From: Candidatus Methylomirabilota bacterium
GTDB taxonomy: Bacteria > Methylomirabilota > Methylomirabilia > Rokubacteriales > CSP1-6
Assembly (NCBI GenBank): GCA_036002345.1
Contig: DASYTM010000060.1
Span: 1 to 19,561, forward strand
Length of the DNA stretch: 19,561 bases
Direction: 5' to 3'
Part shown: one piece after another, positions 13,221 through 19,561 of the stretch
Layout of the letters: each line of letters opens with the position of its first letter
Position numbering within the stretch: position 1 is the stretch's first letter
Made by a program: the position numbers and the translations under genes
Notes under the pieces: generated by a model
Seen by the model: the letters and a program-made list of their open reading frames with translations, nothing else
Database searches by the model: none
Told to the model about the DNA's origin: nothing

Positions 13221-13230
13221 CGTCGCCGCC

Positions 13231-14790
13231 ATGGCGCTTTTCAGCGAGGCCGAGGCGAGCGTCGCCCGGGCTGTCTCGGGACTCGTCTACGGCAACCCGT
13301 TCGTGCCGGAGCGGATGGCGTACGAGCGCGCCGTCCTCGGATCGGACTTCGTCGCGGCCTATCCCGTGTGGCACGCGCCGGCAAGCCGATCCCAGAATCC
13401 CAACCTGCCTGCGCTCCACGCCCGCGTGGAGCAGCTGGCGGACGACGTCCTCAAGCGGCTCCTGTACGGCCCGGACCGCGCCCGCGCGGAGGCCGCGGAC
13501 CTGGCGCTCTACGAGGATCTGGTCCTCTACCTCGTGTTCTATCGCTACTTCGACGACTTCTACGTCCCCATCGGCGATCCGGCCGCGCGCGGGCGTCGCC
13601 TGGAGTGGTTCGAGCGCTTCCTCGCCGACCTCGAGCATTACCTCGCCGTGCCGCGCGGGCCCAGCGACTGGCTCGCCGCCGCGCCCCACCTGTTCGCGAT
13701 CTTCTTCCAGGTCCGTCGCGCGTTTCATTTCATCTACCGCAACATCGCCGGCGTCTCCATGCCCGCCGCCCGGCTGCGCGCCGCGGTGTGGCAGTCGGTC
13801 TTCACCCGGGACGTGAAGCGCTACTCTCGCGTGTTCTACGACCGCATGGGCGACATCACCACGCTCGTCACGGGGCCGTCGGGCACCGGCAAGGAGCTGG
13901 TGGCGAGCGCCATCGGGCTGAGCCGCTATCTTCCGTTCGACGCCAGGACGCGCCGTTTCGAGGAGGATTTCGCGGAGGGCTTCTACGCGCTGAACCTGTC
14001 GGCGCTGTCGCCGACGCTCATCGAGTCCGAGCTGTTCGGGCACCGCCGCGGCGCCTTCACCGGCGCGCAGCACGATCGGGCGGGGTGGCTGGAAGTCTGT
14101 CCCCCGCGCGGAACGGTGTTCCTCGACGAGATCGGCGAGGTGGACCTCGCGATCCAGGTCAAGCTCCTGCGGGTCATCCAGACGCGGACGTTCCAGCGGC
14201 TCGGGGACTCCCGCGACCGCAGCTTCCGGGGCAAGGTCGTGGCCGCGACCAACCGCGACCTCACGCGCGACATGAAGGCCGGCCGCTTCCGCGAGGATCT
14301 CTACTACCGACTCTGCGCGGACCAGGTCACGACGCCGTCCCTGCGCGAGCGGTTGCGGGATTCACCGGACGAGCTGGGCATCCTCCTGCGCTTCGTGGCC
14401 GAGCGCGTGAGCGGCGCGGACGAGGCGGAAACGCTGGCCGCGGAGGTCGCGCGGTGGATCGACGCCCACGTGCCGGCCGACTACGCGTGGCCGGGCAACG
14501 TCCGCGAGCTGGAGCAGTGCGTCCGCAACATCATGATTCGCGGGGAGTACCAGCCGTCCGCCGACTCCCGGGGCGTGCCGCGTGAGCGGCTCGCCGAGGA
14601 ATTCCTCGACGGCTCCTGCACGGCCGACGAGCTGCTCCGGCGCTACTGCACGCTCGTCTACGAGCAGACCGACAGCTATCAGGAAACCGCGCGCCGTCTC
14701 GAGCTCGACCGTCGCACGGTGCGCGACAAGATCGACGACGCGCTGCTGCGCGAGCTGCGCGGGGAGAAGAGCGCCCGCGACGATCCGTGA
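13231..14790 (+). CDS. Sigma-54-dependent transcriptional activator (bacterial enhancer-binding protein) with an unrecognised N-terminal domain, 519 aa
   Basis: AAA+ core: Walker A GPSGTGKE, GAFTGA loop (HRRGAFTGA), Walker B VFLDEIGE, ATNRDL..FREDLYYRL, WPGNVRELEQ. C-terminal Fis-type HTH: SYQETARRLELDRRTVRDKI. The first ~200 aa show no receiver, PAS or GAF signature that I can see. Confidence 0.9.
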   Translation: MALFSEAEASVARAVSGLVYGNPFVPERMAYERAVLGSDFVAAYPVWHAPASRSQNPNLPALHARVEQLADDVLKRLLYGPDRARAEAADLALYEDLVLYLVFYRYFDDFYVPIGDPAARGRRLEWFERFLADLEHYLAVPRGPSDWLAAAPHLFAIFFQVRRAFHFIYRNIAGVSMPAARLRAAVWQSVFTRDVKRYSRVFYDRMGDITTLVTGPSGTGKELVASAIGLSRYLPFDARTRRFEEDFAEGFYALNLSALSPTLIESELFGHRRGAFTGAQHDRAGWLEVCPPRGTVFLDEIGEVDLAIQVKLLRVIQTRTFQRLGDSRDRSFRGKVVAATNRDLTRDMKAGRFREDLYYRLCADQVTTPSLRERLRDSPDELGILLRFVAERVSGADEAETLAAEVARWIDAHVPADYAWPGNVRELEQCVRNIMIRGEYQPSADSRGVPRERLAEEFLDGSCTADELLRRYCTLVYEQTDSYQETARRLELDRRTVRDKIDDALLRELRGEKSARDDP

Positions 14791-14799
14791 GGGGAGAAA

Positions 14800-15173
14800 G
14801 AACGCCAGAGAAGATCTGTAAGCCGGGTCCTGTCCCCCGAGCGAAAAACCCAGGGCGACGGTCATTTCTCTAGGACGCCGGTTACCCGGCGTCTCGAGCG
14901 GCCGGACCCGAGAGCACGGACGGGCCGTCCGATCGCTCTCCTATTTGGCCTTGCTCCGGGTGGGGTTTGCCTAGCCGGCGCGGTCACCCGCGTCGCTGGT
15001 GAGCTCTTACCTCACCGTTTCACCCTTACCGCCTTGCGGCGGCGGTATGTTTCTGTGGCACTGTCCGTGGAGTCGCCCCCCCTGGCCGTTAGCCAGCACC
15101 CTGCCCTGCGGAGCCCGGACTTTCCTCCCGCCGTGTTGCCACGGCCGGCGACCGTCCGATCTTCTCTGGCGCA
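14800..15173 (-). ncRNA. rnpB: RNase P RNA, bacterial type A
   Basis: The minus strand contains the universal blocks GGGAGGAAAGTCCGGGCTCC, GGTAAGGGTGAAA, CCACCCGGAGCAAGGCCAAATAGG and ACAGGACCCGGCTTACAG, in E. coli M1 order. A 14-bp P1 helix is formed by 15171-15158 (CGCCAGAGAAGATC) with 14816-14803. Ends are approximate, within a few nt. Confidence 0.9.
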
Positions 15174-15179
15174 TCCATC

Positions 15180-15185
15180 AGTATA
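15180..15185 (-). promoter_or_regulatory. Candidate -10 hexamer (TATACT) for rnpB
   Basis: TATACT on the minus strand sits about 7-8 nt upstream of the first P1 nucleotide. It is an AT-rich hexamer in otherwise very GC-rich DNA. I found no convincing -35. Confidence 0.35.
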
Positions 15186-15197
15186 GCGGCGGCCGGC

Positions 15198-16100
15198 TCA
15201 GGCCGCGACCAGCGTCCGGCCGTCCCAGCGCCAGCCCGGCGCGCCGGGGCGCAGATGGACGCCACCGAGCCAGCGCTCGAGCGGTACCAGCGCGAGCCGG
15301 TCGGCGCGGCCGGCCAGGACGTCGGCCGCCGCGTCCGTTCGCGACACGCGCCAGCGGCCGAACGGCTCCGCGGCGGCCTCGATCCGCACCAGCGGGGTCG
15401 CGCCGGCGGTGAGGTCCCGCAGCGTGGCCGCGAACTGGACGTCGCCCAGGCCCATCTCGTCGTGCACCTCCGTCACCCGCCGGAACAGCGCGGCGAAGTC
15501 GAGAGGGCGCTCGAGGAACGCCAGCGTCTCGTACTCGACCTCGTCGAGGCCGTGGGCGACCGACGGAAAGCGGCCGACGTGCATCCGGACGGCGCCGAGA
15601 GCGAAGGGGAAGGCCGGCTCGAGACGCGCCAGCGCCGTCGGATCCGGCCCCGCGTAGGCCTGCCACACACGGCGCGCCTCCGCGATCTCGTCAGCGCTCA
15701 GCGGGTACCGGTCTTCGAAGAGCATCGGGAACTGCTCCGCGGCCAGCGTGCCCAGTCCGCGGACGTCCTGGTTCACCTCGGGGAAGACGAGCGACACGCG
15801 CGGGGCGTCCAGGCGAGCGAGCACGAACCAGAGGTTGGTCGCGCAGAACAGGTCGCGCTCGAACCACAGCACGACTTCGTCGTGCTCCCGCGCGCGCGCC
15901 AACGTCGCCTCGCCCTCTCGGAAGCGGCGCGCGTAGGTCTCCGCGGTGATGCCGAGGCGCGGCGCCAGCCACTGCGCGCGCGCCTCGGCGTCCCCGGATG
16001 CCGGGCCTTCCATCAGGATGTCGCGCCAGACCGCCCGCTCGCCCGGCAACTCGTCGGGAAAGACCGCGGCGGTGGCGTCGCCGTTCAGGAGGTGGAGCAT
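15198..16100 (-). CDS. DUF1835 domain-containing protein, 300 aa
   Basis: The N-terminus MLHLLNGDATAAVF... with VVLWFERDLFCATNLWFVL matches the DUF1835 pattern (hItnGdsaa ... lWf..dl.dq..L) as I remember it. Function unknown. Confidence 0.7.
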   Translation of the reverse strand: MLHLLNGDATAAVFPDELPGERAVWRDILMEGPASGDAEARAQWLAPRLGITAETYARRFREGEATLARAREHDEVVLWFERDLFCATNLWFVLARLDAPRVSLVFPEVNQDVRGLGTLAAEQFPMLFEDRYPLSADEIAEARRVWQAYAGPDPTALARLEPAFPFALGAVRMHVGRFPSVAHGLDEVEYETLAFLERPLDFAALFRRVTEVHDEMGLGDVQFAATLRDLTAGATPLVRIEAAAEPFGRWRVSRTDAAADVLAGRADRLALVPLERWLGGVHLRPGAPGWRWDGRTLVAA

Positions 16101-16125
16101 CCCGGGGGTACTGTAAACGGAGCGC

Positions 16126-16177
16126 GAGACCGGCGTGAACCGAGGGTGGCCTGAGATAGAGGCGCGGGGCTGCGCTC
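16126..16177 (+). repeat. 52-bp repeat, copy 1 (inverted partner at 18581-18632)
   Basis: GAGACCGGCGTGAACCGAGGGTGGCCTGAGATAGAGGCGCGGGGCTGCGCTC. It matches the reverse complement of 18581-18632 at 43 of 52 positions by hand alignment, with an identical 17-nt core GGGTGGCCTGAGATAGA (16144-16160). Confidence 0.7.
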
Positions 16178-16184
16178 GTCTCGG

Positions 16185-16610
16185 TCAGCGACGGTGCGTG
16201 TCGATCGCGGCGGCGCCGGGGCCGTTGCCCGCGAGGAACACGAAGATCAGCGCGAAGAGCAGCGCCACTTCGCCCCCGTTGGCGATCGGCAGGGCGCCGC
16301 GCGGCGCGTGGGCCATCAGGTACGCGATGAGCATCTCCGCGGCGAGCACCACGGCCACGGGGCGGGTGAAGAGGCCGAGGACGATCAGCAGACCGCCGAC
16401 CAGCTCGAGCACGCCGGCCACGCCCATCTGCGAGGCGAGGGGCACCGCCGCCTTGCCCCCGATCACGCCGAACTTCTGAAGGCCGTGCTGGAAGAACAGC
16501 AGGCCGGCGCCGATGCGAAGGACCGCGTGGGTGATGGGCCCGAGCGCGGGCACGGCGCGCAGGACGGGCACGGGGCGTTCGACCGGCGGCCGGTAGGCAA
16601 GCTTGGCCAT
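16185..16610 (-). CDS. DoxX-family membrane protein, 141 aa
   Basis: LRIGAGLLFFQHGLQKF ... GVLELVGGLLIVLGLFTRPVAVVLAAEMLIAYL is typical of DoxX. SD GGAGG sits 6 nt before ATG 16610, which I prefer over the track start at 16637. Confidence 0.8.
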   Translation of the reverse strand: MAKLAYRPPVERPVPVLRAVPALGPITHAVLRIGAGLLFFQHGLQKFGVIGGKAAVPLASQMGVAGVLELVGGLLIVLGLFTRPVAVVLAAEMLIAYLMAHAPRGALPIANGGEVALLFALIFVFLAGNGPGAAAIDTHRR

Positions 16611-16667
16611 GGCAACCTCCGGGGTGTCGCGGTGCACGCCGCGTACCGTCGAGATCGCGCTACGAGG

Positions 16668-17183
16668 CTAGAAGCCGAGGTCCTTGAAGAACTTCCGGAA
16701 GGGGCCGGGCTCGTCGGTGCTGACGGCCCGCACGACACGCGCGGGCGGACGCGGAATCAGCGCGATCGGGATCTCGGAGCGCTGCCCCGCGTGCACCTCG
16801 ACGTGGCGGACCTCGGTGGCGTAGGCGGGATGGGTCACGCGCACGCGGTAATGGCCTTCCTTGAGCCGCCGCGTGAGGCGGCCGCCCGGCTCGACGCTCA
16901 GCGCGGTGACGAGCGCGTCTTCGCGCGTGAGGATCTCGACGGTCGCGGTCATGACCGGCTTCTTCGAGGCGCGATCCTGCACGAGCGTGACGATCTCACC
17001 CTGCGGGGGCGGGCCGCTCGGGCCGCCGAACGACATGAACGCGCCGCCGATCGAGAGCATGCCGGCGAGGATACCGACCAGCGTCTGCACCAGCGTGAGC
17101 GGCTGGCGCAGCATGTTGGCCGTCCACGACGGCGGCGCGGGTGGGGGGGCGTCGAGCGTTTCGTGAGTCTGTTCGTCGGCCAT
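16668..17183 (-). CDS. Membrane-anchored protein with a carboxypeptidase-regulatory-like (CarboxypepD_reg) beta-sandwich domain, 171 aa
   Basis: One TM segment (LTLVQTLVGILAGMLSIGGAF) followed by GEIVTLVQD..ATVEILTRED..LKEGHYRVRVTHPAYATEVRHVEV, a CarboxypepD_reg-like pattern. The start is uncertain: ATG 17183 is chosen, and GTG 17237 is possible. Confidence 0.55.
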   Translation of the reverse strand: MADEQTHETLDAPPPAPPSWTANMLRQPLTLVQTLVGILAGMLSIGGAFMSFGGPSGPPPQGEIVTLVQDRASKKPVMTATVEILTREDALVTALSVEPGGRLTRRLKEGHYRVRVTHPAYATEVRHVEVHAGQRSEIPIALIPRPPARVVRAVSTDEPGPFRKFFKDLGF

Positions 17184-17294
17184 GGGGGGACGAACGGCAA
17201 GGATCACGCCAGCCGTAAGGTGGCGAGAATACGGCACGGCCGCGCTCCCGCGGGCGCCGTCGTGTCACGCCCGGCGCGCCAGAACGGCAACGCG

Positions 17295-17789
17295 TCAGCG
17301 CGGCAGGGTGGCGATGGCGGCGCGGGCGAGGGCGTCGACGCGGTTGTTGAGCGCGTCGTCGGCGTGGCCCTTCACCTTGTGCCAGACGACCTCGTGGCGG
17401 CGTGTCTCGGCGAGCAGCCGCTCCCAGAGATCGCGGTTCGCGACGGGCTGCTTGGCGACGCCGAGCCAGCCGTTCGCTTCCCAGCGCGCCCACCAGCGAT
17501 CGCGAAAGCAGTTCATCACGTACGACGAGTCCGTGAAGAGCTGGACGGTGCGCGGGCCGGCCACGGCGGCCAGGCCCTCGATGGCGGCCGTCAGCTCCAT
17601 GCGCTGGTTGGTGGTGTGGGGCTCGGCGCCGCTGACGACGCGCTCGCGGCCATCGTCGATGAGGAGCGCCGCCCATCCGCCGGGGCCCGGATTGCCGGAG
17701 CACGCCCCGTCGGTGTAGAGGAGCGTCACGGGTTTCCCGGGACGCGACGAACGCTGGGGGGTAGGGGGGGCCATTTCGGCGCCCCCCAT
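17295..17789 (-). CDS. rnhA: Ribonuclease HI
   Basis: LYTDGACSGNPGPGGWAALL ... TTNQRMELTAAIEGL ... LFTDSSYV ... WHKVKGHADDALNNRVDALA aligns with E. coli RNase HI catalytic motifs (D, E, D, D). The start is ATG 17789 or ATG 17774. Confidence 0.85.
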   Translation of the reverse strand: MGGAEMAPPTPQRSSRPGKPVTLLYTDGACSGNPGPGGWAALLIDDGRERVVSGAEPHTTNQRMELTAAIEGLAAVAGPRTVQLFTDSSYVMNCFRDRWWARWEANGWLGVAKQPVANRDLWERLLAETRRHEVVWHKVKGHADDALNNRVDALARAAIATLPR

Positions 17790-17799
17790 GAGAGGTCGG

Positions 17800-18507
17800 T
17801 CACTCCTGCCAGTAGAGGTAGCGGCCGCAGCTCTCGCAGAGCGTGAGCCCGCTCGCGCCGCGCAGCTCGAGCAGCGCCTGCGGGCGGATGCTCACCCGGC
17901 AGCCGCCGCAGATCGCCGCCGCGGAGACGGCGGCCACGGCCACGCCGCCGCGCGCCTTGAGGATGCGCTCGTAGCTGGCCAGGAGCCCGGCGGGCAGCTC
18001 CTTGGCGCGCGACGCGCGCTCGGCGCGGACGATCTCGAGCTCCTGCTGGACGGCGGTGAGCTTCTTCTTCACGACCGCCTCGTCCTGCCGCGCCTGCTCC
18101 TCGCGGGTCTTGAAGCGCTGCTCGGCGTCCTTGCTGTCGACGGCGAGCCGCTCCTGCATCTCCATGAGGCCCAGGATGTCCTCCTCCGTCTTCGCCTTCT
18201 CCTGCTTGGCTTCCTCGATCTCGAGGAGGACGGCGGAGTACTCCTTGTTGGTCTTGACCTCGTAGAGCCTGGCCTCGAGCTTCTGGCGCTTGACGTTGGC
18301 GACCTCGAGGTCCTTCTCCTTGGTGCGGAGATCCTTCTTGGTCGTGTCGGCCTTCGTCTTCACGGTCTCGACGGTCTTCTTCGCCTCGGCCAGGGCCGTC
18401 TGGATGGCCTCGATCTGCCGCGGCAGCCGGGCCGCCTCGGTCTCGAGGCCGGATATCTTCGCGTCGAACCCCTGCAAATCGATCAGCGTCTGGAGCTGTG
18501 CGTCCAC
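17800..18507 (-). CDS. Zinc-ribbon coiled-coil protein (DUF164 / C4-type zinc ribbon family), 235 aa
   Basis: A long heptad-rich coiled coil is followed by two CxxC pairs (ICGGCRV ... LCESCGRYL). I place the start at GTG 18507 (SD GGAG 5 nt upstream; N-terminus then reads DAQLQTLIDLQ as in the family). The track start at GTG 18594 has no usable SD. Confidence 0.8.
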   Translation of the reverse strand: MDAQLQTLIDLQGFDAKISGLETEAARLPRQIEAIQTALAEAKKTVETVKTKADTTKKDLRTKEKDLEVANVKRQKLEARLYEVKTNKEYSAVLLEIEEAKQEKAKTEEDILGLMEMQERLAVDSKDAEQRFKTREEQARQDEAVVKKKLTAVQQELEIVRAERASRAKELPAGLLASYERILKARGGVAVAAVSAAAICGGCRVSIRPQALLELRGASGLTLCESCGRYLYWQE

Positions 18508-18516
18508 GATGTCTCC

Positions 18517-18570
18517 ATTGGTGGAACGAAACCGTTTGATCGCGTCGGAACGATTGACGGCGTCGGAACG
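18517..18570 (-). repeat. Three tandem 18-nt units in the leader of the zinc-ribbon gene
   Basis: The minus strand reads CGTTCCGACGCCGTCAAT / CGTTCCGACGCGATCAAA / CGGTTTCGTTCCACCAAT. Units 1 and 2 are identical at 15 of 18 positions. Unit 3 is degenerate but retains CGTTCC. Confidence 0.6.
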
Positions 18571-18580
18571 GTCGTCCGGG

Positions 18581-18632
18581 GTGCGGAGCCACACCCTTCT
18601 ATCTCAGGCCACCCACGGTTCAAGCCGATCTC
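18581..18632 (-). repeat. 52-bp repeat, copy 2 (inverted partner of 16126-16177)
   Basis: The minus strand reads GAGATCGGCTTGAACCGTGGGTGGCCTGAGATAGAAGGGTGTGGCTCCGCAC. It lies between the tRNA 3' end and the zinc-ribbon gene and contains the small hairpin GGGTGT/GCACCC. Confidence 0.7.
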
Positions 18633-18649
18633 AACCTCCGATACAAAAG

Positions 18650-18721
18650 TGGGCCCACCTGGATTCGAACCAAGACCGTTCCGGTTATGAGCCGGGTGCT
18701 CTGCCGTTGAGCTATGGGCCC
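18650..18721 (-). tRNA. tRNA with CAT anticodon (annotated Met; could be the lysidine-modified Ile2 species); CCA not encoded
   Basis: Hand-folded cloverleaf. Acceptor stem GGGCCCA/TGGGCCC. D stem GCTC/GAGC. Anticodon arm CCCGG-CTCATAA-CCGGA, with a 27:43 C-A mismatch. T arm CTTGG-TTCGAAT-CCAGG. Discriminator A. It is not initiator-like: there is no 1:72 mismatch and no three G-C pairs closing the anticodon stem. Confidence 0.85.
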
Positions 18722-18739
18722 GGACGGGGAATCGCGTCG

Positions 18740-19561
<822 letters not shown>

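Noticed and set aside
13138-14585. ORFs 13138-14073 (minus), 13191-14585 (plus) and 13202-13816 (plus) overlapping the activator gene
   Set aside because: The 13231-14790 frame carries a complete AAA+/GAFTGA/HTH architecture. The others are low-complexity shadows.
14362-15666. ORFs 14362-14865 (minus), 14999-15412 (plus) and 15178-15666 (minus) across the 14.8-15.2 kb region
   Set aside because: The region 14800-15173 is unmistakably RNase P RNA, and the flanking parts overlap the activator and DUF1835 genes. None of these ORFs has protein-like composition.
17726-18690. ORFs 17726-18592 (minus, 288 aa) and 17788-18690 (plus, 300 aa) over the zinc-ribbon gene
   Set aside because: Both are repetitive Arg/Gly/Leu/Glu-rich shadows of the coiled-coil gene. 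The 17800-18507 frame has heptad structure and two CxxC zinc knuckles.
16126-18721. A tRNA-associated genomic island or composite transposon delimited by the 52-bp repeats
   Set aside because: The repeats are inverted, not direct, and do not duplicate the tRNA 3' end. There is no integrase, transposase or recombinase. The enclosed genes (rnhA, DoxX, zinc-ribbon) are ordinary housekeeping-type genes with the same composition as their surroundings.

Overview
Very GC-rich bacterial chromosomal window (about 70% G+C by eye, not computed). Every high-confidence gene except two lies on the minus strand. GC-driven shadow ORFs are abundant. I chose real frames by recognisable protein motifs, ordinary amino-acid composition and start/stop coupling. 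Three giant ORFs in the track (789, 813 and 1105 aa) are each a real gene fused to an Arg/Ala/Pro-rich read-through into the upstream gene. The right third (14.8-19.6 kb) is housekeeping: rpoD 3' end, a tRNA with CAT anticodon, a zinc-ribbon coiled-coil protein, rnhA, a CarboxypepD_reg-like protein, DoxX, a DUF1835 protein and RNase P RNA. The left edge holds a recQ HRDC tail. The centre (223-14790) is the interesting part. It is a tightly translationally coupled 10-gene minus-strand operon with junctions of -35 to +13 nt, three of them 4-nt ATGA/GTGA overlaps. Its products are a PlsC-type acyltransferase, a class-III aminotransferase fused to a cyanobacterial-type acyl-ACP reductase (AAR)-like domain, a ferritin-like di-iron protein, a DUF4260 membrane protein, a group-A FAD monooxygenase, a poly-histidine-motif integral membrane protein, a DAO-type FAD oxidoreductase, a stand-alone DUF2156 (MprF C-terminal / VlmA-like aminoacyl-tRNA-dependent transferase) domain, and MFS and EamA exporters. 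Upstream sit a 526-aa orphan protein and a divergent sigma-54 enhancer-binding protein. A candidate -24/-12 promoter and a conserved 36-bp palindromic box are also present; the box occurs in both upstream intergenic regions. My leading inference is an undescribed pathway: acyl-ACP is converted to fatty aldehyde, then to fatty amine, then N-oxygenated or aminoacylated (possibly forming an N-N bond) and exported. This rests on motif recognition only and needs database and experimental tests. I saw no CRISPR array, transposase or integrase.
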